DNA of 64,000 nt, taken from contig CM075988.1 in the NCBI GenBank assembly GCA_038087875.1, forward strand, positions 25,422,001 to 25,486,000, in the 5' to 3' direction. The number at the start of each line of letters is the position of its first letter. Positions within the stretch are counted from its first letter, which is position 1. This DNA comes from Malacoraja senta. Lineage: Eukaryota. Under the pieces are notes generated by a model, which was not told the origin of the DNA, ran no database searches, and worked only from the letters and a program-made list of their open reading frames with translations. Position numbers and translations under genes: made by a program. Shown here piece after piece: positions 52,773-63,737 of the stretch.

Positions 52773-55431
52773 ACTACCACACAGACTTTTCCATTTTACA
52801 ACCTGATCCTTGTTTGAGGGAGAACGGGTATTAGCAACAGAATAAGGTAGCAGACATTCGCACAGTTGGAGGGATACAAGGAATTACAAGAACGTTCAGA
52901 AAATGCATCCGTCTTACCAAGAGGGTAAAGAAGGCTGCCAATTATGTGGCAATTCTAATGGGAAGCCATTTTGGGTTTGACTTTGTGTAACATTCACCTG
53001 CCCACTAATCCATGGGTCTCGGCAGGTGAAGGCATAATTTTCAGCGATGGAGGGAAACGGAATGCACGAAGACCAGAACCTGCCAATAGACAATAGGTGA
53101 AGGAGTCGGCCCTTCGGCCCTTCGAGCCAGCACCGCCATTCAATGTGATCATGGCTGATCATCCCCAATCAGTACCCCGTTCCTGCCTTCTCCCCATATC
53201 CCCTGACTCCGCTATTTTTAAGAGCCCTATCTAGCTCTCTCTTGAAAGTATCCAGAGAACCTGCCTCCACTGCCCACTGAGGCAGAGGAGGAGGAGCAAA
53301 GAGATCCAGGATGTAGGACTGGTGAGGGTTACCAAAATACAGAGCCGCAGGCTTAGCTGTTTCAGGCTTTTAAATATCTTTTATATTTTAAATATAAAAC
53401 TACTTCCTTTCATGCAGCTGTGAACTATCACTGACCCTTAAATCCAAGATACATTACCAATACTTCCAAATATTATTTACTTGGGGGCCTTTTAGTTGCA
53501 GAAGCTAAGATACCATGGTCACCATTTGACTCCAGGACAGATGGTATAAAAGCACAGTAGATAATTTAGTCAATGGGTATTAAATGGCAGCCTACCTAGT
53601 TTAATTCCTACCTAGATCATTGTCATATATTTTCCTTATTCTACTAATGCCAATCATATCATGATTATGTCAATAGCAATTCAATTTGAAAACAAATTCT
53701 AACAATCAATTATTTTTGTTTCCTTTATTGTCACCAACAATGCATTATTCCATAGGGTATTTAATAAAGATTGCCACCCGCTGCCTTTACAAGCCAGAGA
53801 GGCACATAGTACGGAATTAACCCCCTTCAGCCCAACTCATCCTGCTGTTAAAGGTTTCAACGGTCTTGTATTGTCACGTGTACCAATTAAGGAACAGTGA
53901 TAACCGTATTACTGTTCGGGTTATAGGGGAGAACAGGAGAATGGGATTGAGAGGGAAAGATAGATCAGCCACAATTGAATGGACTTGATGGGCCGAATGG
54001 CCTAATTCAACTCCTAGAACGTACAAACTTAACCTACAACCAATTAGGTCATCCAGCACAGCGTTTATGGGTGGATCGGAGGGCAACAGGATTTTGGGTG
54101 GAGAAACTCAGCGGGTGAGGCGGCATCTATGGAGAGAAGGAATTGGAGCCCGCCCCCTCCCCTGACATCAGTCTGAAGGAGGGTCTCGACCCGAAACGTC
54201 GACAATTCCTTCTCTCCATAGATGCTGCCGCACCCGTTGAATTTCCACAGCATTTTTAGTCTACCTTCGATTTTTCCAGCATCTGCAGTTCTTTCTCAAG
54301 TATTTTGGATGGCCAAGTTTTGGAGAAAGACCTAGAATCAATGGGCAGTACTAGTTGGGGTGGGAGATAGGGAAGTCATGGATGGGAGTTTCAGAGCTGA
54401 CTGAGATGGGTGTTGGGCAGTCAGTTTCAAAGAGCTTTTTTGGTTAAAATAATATTTTCAACACTGTTGTTTTGAAACTAGGAAGTACAGAAAGTGCCTG
54501 GCGTCAGAAGCTTGGAAACAGGATTTCCCCATTCAGGGGCCGCCCCGGCCTCGTGTCCACTGCAGACTCGCTCTTCCCACAGAAAACCACAACTCTGTAA
54601 AAGTTAGCAAACAGATATCTAGCCCTCGCTACAAATGTACAATATATCCGCTGCTCCTCAGAATAGTCGACACTGGATACAAACCTACTGCAACTGAAGG
54701 TTAGCTCTCTGTGTAACAATGAGTTTTGGGGAACAGAGTTGGGGTTTTTTAAACAGATGTTTAGACTGGATAAAAAGATGAGATGATATCGAGAGGTTTC
54801 AATAATATCAAGACTGGATTTTAACAGCTTGTAGACAGAGAGGAATGTACAAGCTGCCAAGAACGAAGAGCTCAACAATTGGAACACATTTTGATCGCAA
54901 AATGTTGTAGATAAAATGGGTAACCTTCACAGCAAAGCATGGTCAAGAACTTAAAGATAGACACAAAATGCTGGAGTAACTCAGCGGGACAGACAGCAAT
55001 GGGTGGAATGGGTGATGTTTCGGATTGAGACCCGAAATGTTACCCATTCCTTCTCCAGAGATGCTGCCTGTCCCACTGAGTTACTCCAGCATTTTGTGTC
55101 TATCTTCGATTTAAACCAGCATCTGCACTTCTTTCCTACACACATGGTCAAGAACTCATTAAGGTCAGTGATAATCGCAAGAATGGTTGACTGGATGGAA
55201 CTGTGGAATAAAGATGTCTGTGAAAGGAGAAGTTGGGAGGAAGCCCTGTCTGATATTAACCTTTGCTGGAACCGTGCCAAAGGTCAAGAGTCCATTGTTT
55301 CATTGTCATCCGTCCCAATGAGAACAATTACATTCTTACTTGCAACAGCACAACACGATATGTAAACATAGCACACTGTAAACATTATAATGAGAAAAAA
55401 GTTCAGTATACATACACACATATATATATAT

Positions 55432-55470
<39 letters not shown>

Positions 55471-55479
55471 TACATAATA

Positions 55480-55625
55480 CTAGACCAAGTGGGTCCCATC
55501 CCCTCAACGCGGGTTTGCGGGGGCGGGGGAGGGCGACCTGCGGCATCACACGCACACACTAACCCCCCCCCCCCTTAATATGATTCATTCACTCCTTTTC
55601 CTCCCATCCCCCACCCTATCCACAC
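55480..55625 (-). mobile_element. Helitron 3' end fragment
   Basis: CTAGACCAAGTGGG.CCC is the reverse complement of the 29903 terminus; hairpin partly deleted; 5' end not resolved. Confidence 0.55.
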
Positions 55626-56348
55626 ACACACACATACATATACACACACACAAAAATTTAACAATATTAGTGCAACAATACCAATAATAGTCTGTGGTTC
55701 AGAGCTTATTGGAGGTTGCCGTGTTTAATACCCTGCAAGAACAACACAACTAAAATCCTCCATTGACCCAAAACGCACAGGTTTTTGAGGAAGAGATTTC
55801 CAGAGTTCCATGAGTCATCAAGCAAAAATAATGACTTTCTGAATCAGCTTTAATGCTCGTGATTCTTCCAGTCGTCCCCAGTCCAGAACATTGCTTCTCT
55901 GTTTCCACCCCACTGCATCTCTGACTTAAACAGCTCAGATCTATGAAAAGGAATATAACCTTGCTACAACTTCATACGTCAAGCCAAGAGATCATTCTGA
56001 TGGTAGAAACAAAAAAGCTGGAGTAACTCGGCGCAACAGGCAGCATCTCTGGAGAGAAGGAATGGGTGACGTTTCGGGTCGAGACCATTCCGATGAATTG
56101 ACGCAGTGCTGCCCATGGTCCAGCCCGCCAAGGTCAATACTCTTTTCCCAAAGTTCAGAGTCAAGAACCAAAGCCGTTACACTAGACAAGAATTGGTGAA
56201 TCTCTGTACAATCAATTAATAATATCTTCATCCTTAAACTCTAGGCTAACACTCTTTCCCCCGCTCCCATCTTCCCCACCCACCCCACTCACTGCCCCCC
56301 CCTCCCCCACCACAGGTCCAACTTCCACATACAAGCCAACATTTGATT

Positions 56349-56560
56349 GTAGTGACAAGGAACTGCAGATGCTGGTTAACAAAGAAGGTCACAAAGTTCT
56401 GGAGTAACTCAGCAGGTCAGGCAGCATCCCTGGATAACATCGAGAGGTGGCGTTTCAGGTCAGGACCCTTCTGAAGAAGAGCCCCAACCAGAAATGTCAC
56501 TTATCCAAGATGGCCTGGGATGGTGGCCGACCCGCTCGCTGAGTTACTCCAGCACTTTGT
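56349..56560. mobile_element. diverged PLE-derived fold-back element
   Basis: TSD GCCAACATTTGATT (56335-56348 / 56561-56574); degenerate arms. Confidence 0.75.
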
Positions 56561-57804
56561 GCCAACATTTGATTATTTTGTGCCAAGAGTTGTTGGGATT
56601 ATCACTAAGTTCTTCGATTGACCAAGGGATCAGAAATCTCAAAGCAAAACAATAATATGTCGATTGTGTTCCTCTCTCATTCCTAGCTCAAAACTCCACC
56701 TCCACACACACACACACACACACACAGAAACCCAGCACGAGCACTAAACCTTGTCTGCTGGTCACCTGGCCCAGCCAGCATCCTCATCACCCAACACTTT
56801 TATTTCTGTTTGATCCCAACACCGGTCTATCTACATCACCATCTATATCTCTCATTTCCCTCTCCCCGACTCTGTCTGAAGAAGGGTCTCGACCCGAAAT
56901 GTCACCTATTCCTTTTCTCCAGAGATGTTGTCTCACCCACTGAGTTATTCCAGCTTTTTGTGTCTATCTTTGGTTTAAACCAGCATCTCCAGTTCCTTCC
57001 TATACGAGCAAACACCTTCAATTGAGTTTAGTGGTACAGAACGGAAACAGGCCCTTCGGCCCACTGAGTCGATGCCGGCCAGTGATCCCCGCACATTAAC
57101 ACTATCCCACACACACACACACACTGGGGACAATTTACAATCTTTACCGAACAAACCCGTAGTACGTCTTTGGAGTGCGGGAGGAAACTGGAGCACCTGG
57201 AGAAAACCCACGTGGTCACAGGGAGAACATACAAACTCTGTACAGACAGCACCTGTAATCAGGATGGAACTCGGGTATCTGGCACTGTAAAGCAGCAACT
57301 CTACTGCTGCACCACCGTGCCGCCCCTAGCTTCTAAAATTAGGCATTTTAATTTTATCGAGTCATCCAGGTTTGGTTTTGGACTTGCAGATGCTGGACAG
57401 GGCACTAAGAGCGAGATATCATTCACACTGCAAGATTAAACAGAGCTGAGGTACATCTGTTGCAATTAATCTGCAACCGACTAGCAGATATGACCAGAAC
57501 ATGTATAGAGAATATTAATGTGGTCTCAGAGAAACAACAGCAATGCCACTGATATCTCAGGCCCCACCATTTTAAAGTCTCCATCACATGTCAGTCACTC
57601 CATTGCAAAAAGCACCCAGCAGTCAGAGCACAATTATAGATTTTACCTTGAGCTGTTTACACGGGCAGAGAATACCGAGCTGTCCAATGCTGGGGTGAAG
57701 TAGTGCAGGACACAGGGAGCTCTGGGAGCGGTTTAAAGAGACGCATTAACTCCACTGTAGGTAAAACCCTGACTTTAAGTGCAATGTGTTCAACAGAGCC
57801 ATTG

Positions 57805-57941
57805 GGGTGGGAGATTGCAACCTTCACGTGGTCCACCCTGTTTCGACGAATGCAATCAACCTGGCGTGCACAATCAAATAAGATCAAATAGAACAAGTTG
57901 TCCTACAACTTTAGGCTGTGCACGCCATACGCAAGGAGAAG
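57805..57941 (+). mobile_element. short retroposed insert with (AAG)n-like tail, possibly RTE-related
   Basis: TSD AACAGAGCC(A/G)TTG (57792-57804 / 57942-57954). Confidence 0.7.
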
Positions 57942-58121
57942 AACAGAGCCGTTGAGCCAAATGATAGCACAAATAGCCCTCCTTCTCAAACAGTAGAATA
58001 AAGCACTTGCAGTTAAACCATGCATCTCACAACCTCGGGACCCAAACTACCTTTCAGCCAGCAAAACCATTCAGAAAGCCGGGTGCAGGTGTTGGAAATC
58101 AATCTTCACACACCAATGTGA

Positions 58122-58693
58122 AGTGAGACCACATCTGGAGTATTGTGTACAGTTTTGGTCTCCTAATTTGAGGAAGGACATCCTTGTGATTGAGGCAGTG
58201 CAGCGTAGGTTCACGAGATTGATTCCTGGGATGGCGGGACTGTCATATGAGGAAAGATTGAAAAGACTAGGCTTGTATTCACTGGAGTTTAGAAGGATGA
58301 GGGGGTATCTTATAGAAATATATAAAATTATAAAGGACTGGACAAGCTAGATGCGGGAAAAATGTTCCCAATGTTGGGCGAGTCCAGAACCAGGGGCCAC
58401 AGTCTTAGAATAAAGGGGAGGTCATTTAAGACTGAGGTGAGAAAAAACTTTTTCACCCAGAGAGTTGTGAATTTGTGGAATTCCCTGCCACAGAGGGCAG
58501 TGGAGGCCAAGTCACTGGATGGATTTAAGAGAGAGTTAGATAGAGCTCTAGGGGCTTGTGGAGTCAAGGGATATGGGGAGAAGGCAGGCACGGGTTATTG
58601 ATAGGGGACGATCAGCCATGATCACAATGAATGGCGGTGCTGGCTCGAAGGACCGAATGGCCTCCTCCTGCACCTATTTTCTATGTTTCTATG
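58122..58693 (+). mobile_element. CR1 3' fragment, frameshifted
   Basis: [13 protein letters not shown]...VVNLWNSLP split across two frames. Confidence 0.93.
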
Positions 58694-59551
58694 ATGTCCT
58701 ATGGTCAGCTCCGTGATAATCATCTGAGCTGGTTTAGTGAAGTTATTTGATAAACAAATATGGGTCAGGATCCCAGGGAGGCCTCCCATCCCCCCCCTCC
58801 ACCCCCCACATAAAATGAAACACCGGTGGACATAAACATTCACAGAGTGTAAATGAAGCCTCAGATTAAAAACACACCTGAAAGCTGGTGATAAGGGCAG
58901 AGCGGCACTCTCTTGGTGGGTCAGCTTAGCCTCTGGAGTGAGACCTGAACCAACAGTTTACTTAGTTTACCACCCACTTCATCGCAGTGCGCCACTTGCC
59001 ACGGGTTATAGGGGAGAATGCAGGAGAATGGGGTTAGGAGGGAGAGATAGATAGATCAGCCATGACTGAATGGCGGAGTGAATGACTGATGGGCCGAATG
59101 GCCTAATTCTGCTCATGTCACTTTATTCCCCCCCACGTTGTCAGAGACGACACTTCATGAAGTGGGAACGGGACGACACGGAGCAGAGGTGGGGGTGGGC
59201 GCATTGAATGCGACCAAAACACACGCCAGGAAAATCTCTGCCGGCAAGCAGGAGGCACGCCCCTGGTGTGAAACGCAACGGCCATGCAAACTCTGCTCAA
59301 CCACAAAGCAGCCAAGTCTGCTAACGTTTCAGAATATTCCAGACCGTTTTGGAACGCACTCAGTAACGGCGTGTATGCAATGCAAAGGAGCAAGATCATT
59401 CTCTGGTGATCAATTGCAAATCCTGAAGGTCAGACACATTGACATCAGGCAACAGACAATTCCCATCACACTGACCATTGAAAGGAAATTGCTAGTTGTG
59501 AATATCCAAGGTTGTGCACCGTGATACACACACACGATAAAAGCTGCATCA

Positions 59552-59786
59552 GTGTGTGTGTGTGTGTGTGTGTTTATGTATGTGTGTGTGTTTATGTATG
59601 TGTGTATGTGTGTATGTGTGTATGTGTGTATGTGTGTATGTGTGTATGTGTGTATGTGTGTATGTGTGTATGTGTGTATGTGTGTATGTGTGTATGTGTG
59701 TATGTGTGTATGTGTGTATGTGTGTATGTGTGTATGTGTGTATGTGTGTATGTGTGTATGTATGTATGTATGTGTGTATGTGTGTA

Positions 59787-59838
<52 letters not shown>
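59552..59838. repeat. (TG)n / (TATGTGTG)n microsatellite
   Basis: Seen directly. Confidence 0.97.
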
Positions 59839-59839
<1 letters not shown>

Positions 59840-60279
59840 AATAGTAAACATGGACAAAATGTAAACACGTGTCAGTAACTGAAACTGCATGAACCACATA
59901 ATAAAAATAAATGTATTTCTGTACAACTTCACAGAACAGACTCTTGAGATAAACACAAAAAGCTGGAGTAACTCAGCCGGTCAGGCAGCATTTCTGGAGA
60001 TAAGGAATGGGTGACGTTTCAAATAGAATCGTCTCAAGCCGAAAAGTCGCTCATTCCATCTCTCCAGAGATCTTGTCTGACGCGCCCAGTTACTCCAGCT
60101 TTTTGTGTCTACCTTCGGTGAAAACCAGCATCTGCAGTTCCTTCCTGCACCGAGACTATGGAGACCTGTGTCCACTTTAAAAGGCGTTGCCATTAGTCTC
60201 ACTCGTGTGCTCTGTCCCATAGCTCTGAGATTTCCTTTTTCAATGTTAAATGGATGGAGGGGTTTGGGGTTCGTGCAGA

Positions 60280-60740
60280 AAAGCGACACTGCAGCAAATT
60301 GTGGACACAGCCCAGGCCATCACACAAACCAACCTCACTTCTATTGATTCCATCTACACCTCATGCTGCCTCGCCAAGGCCAGCAGCATAATCAAGGACC
60401 AGTCGCGCTTTGGCCGCTCCCTCTTCTCCCCTCTCCCATCAGGCAAAAGGCACACCTCCAGATTCAGGGACAGTTTCTTCCCAGCTGTTATCAGACAACC
60501 AAACCATCCTACAACAACCAGAGAGCGAGCAGTGGTGAACTACTATCTACTTCATTGGTGGATCACGGACTATCCTAGATCTGACTTTACTTTGCACTAA
60601 ACGTTACTCCATTATCATGTATCTATACATTGTAAATGCGTTGATTGTAATCATGTATTGTCTTTCTGCTGACTGGATAGCATGCAACTAAAGCTTTTCA
60701 CTGCACCTCGGTACACGTGACAATGAACTGAACTGACTGA
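60280..60740 (+). mobile_element. Rex1/Babar-type LINE 3' fragment; its 3' UTR recurs alone at about 1280, 5877, 7208, 15810 (-), 21483 and 44205
   Basis: LQQIVDTAQAIT...PLPSG...RFRDSFFPAVIR followed by the shared UTR ending GTGACAAT(A/G)AACTGAACTGA. Confidence 0.85.
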
Positions 60741-60754
60741 GATAAAAGATCAAA

Positions 60755-61183
60755 GGAAGACAAAAATGCTGGAGAAACTCAGCGGGTGAGGCAGCATCGA
60801 TGGAGCAAAGGAATAGGCGACGTTTCGGGTTGAGACCCTTCTTCAGACTGATGTGGGGGGGGGGGAGAAGAAAGGAAGAGGCGGAGACAGTGGGCTGTGG
60901 GAGAGCTAGGAAGGGGAGGGGAAAGAGGGAGAAGGCAAGGACTACCTGAAATTGGAGGAGACAATGTTCATACCGCTGGGGTATAAACTACCCAAGCGAA
61001 ATATGAGGTGCTGTTCCTCCAATTTACGGTGGGCCTCAATCTGGCTATGGAGGAGGCCCAGGACAGGAAGGTCGGATTCGGAATGGGAGGGGGAGTTGAA
61101 GTGCTGAGTCACCGGGAGATCAGGTTGGTTATTGCGAACCGAGCGGAGGTGTTGGGCGAAGTGATCGCCGAGCCTGCGCTTGG
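60755..61183 (-). mobile_element. 3' fragment of a Penelope-like (Neptune-type) retroelement: GIY-YIG endonuclease C-terminus, 3' UTR and terminal repeat with hammerhead motif
   Basis: Open minus frame 61181-60942: KRRLGDHFAQHLRSVRNNQPDLPVTQHFNSPSHSESDLPVLGLLHSQIEAHRKLEEQHLIFRLGSLYPSGMNIVSSNFR*, with motifs typical of PLE GIY-YIG domains (R..EH, HF, LE...I..L....P.G.N). Followed by a pyrimidine-rich UTR and the terminal sequence seen in the fold-back elements. Confidence 0.85.
60816..60850 (-). ncRNA. minimal type I hammerhead ribozyme motif
   Basis: Minus strand reads cagt-CTGAAGA-A-GGGT(ctca)ACCC-GAAA-CG-TC-gcc: conserved core, stem II, palindromic ACGT in place of stem III, GUC cleavage triplet. 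Stem I is very short. Activity untested. Confidence 0.65.
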
Positions 61184-62626
61184 AGATCAGCTGTGATCCC
61201 AGTATGTGGCAGGTCAGGCCTCAGAGGACAACCGTTCCACTGTTGCCTCTGCCGCTCATGTTCCAATATGTCCAACTCACCTTTGAAAGATTCAACCGAA
61301 TCTGCCACCACCGCCAGCTCACACATAAAGTGTCCGCACATTTCACATGGCCATTTGTGGAAATTCACTCCGCAAATACTGCCCATTGCCTTTGTTACGT
61401 TAGGGCATGGATAATACTTAAAACAGAACCTCACTGGCTATACTGCTGTGAAGGGCACAATAAATATGTAGGGGGGGGGGGGGTCTGTTTTTTAATTTGT
61501 GTATTTGTGATGTCTTTATAACTTGTTTTACTCTGATTATATGTTTATATGTTTCTTAAATTGTAAGGTGTCCTAGAGACCTCGGTATTAGGCGCCCTTA
61601 TAATAAAATCTATTATTATTATTATCACCATCCTCCCTTCCATGTGAAAAACCTCTCTCATCTTCCACTGTTTCTTTTTGCCTTTTACCCCAAATCTGCC
61701 CCCTTCTCAATTCTGTTCTCCCCAGAAGACACAGATTAGTAACCACATCAAACCTTGACTCTGGTACAATCACAACCCACCAAAAACAATTCTTCTTTCT
61801 GAGAAGTTAAGTACTTTGAGAACTAATGGACGTTTTTTTTTTTAATGGGGGAGGGGAGGGGTAATGCAACGATAAAAAGGATCCTTCAAAACTTAAATAA
61901 ATGACATTATAATGACATTTGCATCGGCAACTTTGGGGAGTGACACATTGCTGCACACAGACTGTGCTCTTACATGGGGAAATAACTGCTCAGCTGGCAA
62001 TGGGGATAAGCTGCCTTCACATTCATTAAAGCCGTACTGTGGTGGAAAGAAGAGGTTTCTGTGGATGATTTTGGGACTCGTGTTGTGGCCAAGGCATTCT
62101 CGTTCATTTCGAGGGGTAATTCTTTCCCCTCAGAGGGTGGTGGGTGTATGGAACGAGCTGCCGGAGGAGGTAGTTGAGGCAGGGACTATCACAACGTTCA
62201 AGAGACATTTGGACTGGGCAGGTTTGGAGGGATATGGGCCAAGCGCAGGCAGGTGGGACTAGTGTAGCTGGGACATGTTGGCCGGTGTGGGCAAGTTGGG
62301 CCGAAGGGCCTGTTTCCACACTGTGTCACTCTAAGACCAATTGCGGATACAGCTCGCTATATTGCGAATAAAACTCACGTGTCGGTTCGGGGGGGATGGG
62401 GGAGAGAGAGAAGGTAGGTCATATATAATGAACAGACTGGGTCTCAACAGCTGATGGGATTAATACAGCGCCCCCATAACACAAGCCTCCCTCCAACGTT
62501 AGACATCCACTCTCAGAGAGGCGACGTTTAAATTGCAACGTAGCCGCTCCCACCGGCTCTGAAACTACCCGGGACTAACTCCCATCTCCCTGCGTGCAGG
62601 CCAGAGTTCTGCTGTGGTTTTAATAT

Positions 62627-62627
<1 letters not shown>

Positions 62628-62671
<44 letters not shown>

Positions 62672-62675
62672 GGGA

Positions 62676-62721
<46 letters not shown>

Positions 62722-63483
62722 GACCGTTGCTTTCTCAAACCCTTTCGTTTTTCATTTTTTTTTAATTAAAAAAAAAGATTACGAAAACGAGTGGGTGGGA
62801 GGACAGCGACCGCAGAAACATTCCGCTGTTATTCCTCACCCGGCGTTTGGGAGCATTTTCTGCAATTTGAAGAAAAAAAAACAGCCTTTAAACCCCTAGG
62901 CCGTGTGACAAGTCCCGGCAAAGGGATTGTAACAGAAATTAAATGTTGCATTAAATGTTATACACACACACACACACACACACACAGACACACACACACA
63001 CACGCACAGAGACACACACACACACACACACAGACACACACACACAGAGACACACACACACGCACATAGACACACACACACATAGACACACACACACACA
63101 CACACACACCACACACACACACATAGACACACACACACACACATAGACACACACACACACACAGACACACAGAGACACACACACAGAGACACACACACAC
63201 ACAGAGACACACACACACACAAACACAAGCACACACACACAGACACTCACACACACACACACACACACTCAGACACTCACACACAGACACTCACACACAG
63301 ACACTCACACACAGACACTCACACACAGACACTCACACACAGACACTCACACACAGACACTCACACACAGACACTCACACACAGACACTCACACACACAC
63401 ACTCACACACAGACACTCACACACAGACACTCACACACACACAGACACACACACACACACACAGACACACAGACACACACACA
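62628..63483. repeat. (GT)n-(GA)n and complex (CA)n / (CACACAGACACT)n microsatellites next to exon 1
   Basis: Seen directly at 62628-62718 and 62961-63483. Confidence 0.97.
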
Positions 63484-63609
63484 TATCGCCATTTGATACA
63501 GTAACAGAGTAACATTTGGATACAGTGGAGCGAATACCAAACAAAGACACAGCGATACACACAGAGAGAGAGAGAGAGAGAAATATATAGATAAACTCGT
63601 GTAACTTAC

Positions 63610-63737
63610 GCCCTGCCTTTTGGGAATCCCATTGATAAAAAGACATCGAGAGTTGACCCATGTTTGACGGTCACGGGGCGGTTCTGGCGATTCTTCCTGG
63701 GTATAACTTGACTGTACATTTCTTCTTTGGTAGCCAT
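63610..63737 (-). CDS. UBASH3B: UBASH3B (STS-1/TULA-2) first coding exon, N-terminus and start of the UBA domain
   Basis: Minus strand ACC-ATG-G start translates MATKEEMYSQVIPRKNRQNRPVTVKHGSTLDVFLSMGFPKGR + GC, then a canonical GTAAGT donor (63609-63604). Closely matches the UBASH3B N-terminus as I recall it (MAAREELYSKVTPRRNRQQRPGTIKHGSALDVLLSMGFPRARA), including the UBA MGF motif. 128 nt, phase 2. Not in the supplied ORF track. Confidence 0.93.

Larger units (their letters stand above)
1..57326. repeat. other V-SINE copies (1-270 -, 4417-4710 +, 14196-14410 +, 22700-22985 -, 26830-27055 -, 39115-39305 +, 44405-44730 +, 46093-46430 +, 49190-49460 -, 57025-57326 -)
   Basis: Same head, core and tail motifs. 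The span marks the range of copies only. Confidence 0.85.
3545..60148. repeat. further dispersed copies and half-copies of the PLE terminal / fold-back family (about 3545, 6215, 7000, 9685, 14420, 17905, 18145, 19285, 23055, 23895, 30295, 36790, 41525, 45635, 48715, 50500, 51075, 51757, 54100, 54955, 56005, 56873, 59947)
   Basis: Shared GACACAAAATGCTGGAG(T/A)AACTCAGCGGG...GCAGCATCT...GACGTTTCGGG core in both orientations. The span marks the range of copies, not one element. Confidence 0.85.
595..62333. repeat. additional CR1/HER1-like 3' fragments (about 595-1190, 1549-1900, 2767-2950, 10160-10500, 13985-14180, 19518-20260, 21105-21480, 22156-22450, 23150-23380, 30640-30912, 31340-31735, 32700-32900, 34330-35030, 35385-35670, 37316-37690, 43286-43600, 47955-48220, 50155-50372, 53085-53287, 62120-62333)
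   Basis: Recurring RVVNLWNSLP / GYGEKAG coding remnants and conserved 3' UTRs. The span marks the range of copies only. Confidence 0.85.
1..63609 (-). other. UBASH3B: probable intron 1 of UBASH3B, continuing past the left edge
   Basis: Donor at 63609. No sequence encoding the expected exon 2 (about QKALASTGGRSVQAACDW) or later exons found by eye. Intron 1 is also very long in mammals. Confidence 0.7.

Noticed and set aside
54504..54887. 127-aa minus-strand ORF as an extra exon or gene
   Set aside because: No recognisable domain, no similarity to UBASH3B, no convincing splice sites.
59410..63290. HT/CV-rich ORFs
   Set aside because: (CA)n/(TG)n microsatellite translations.
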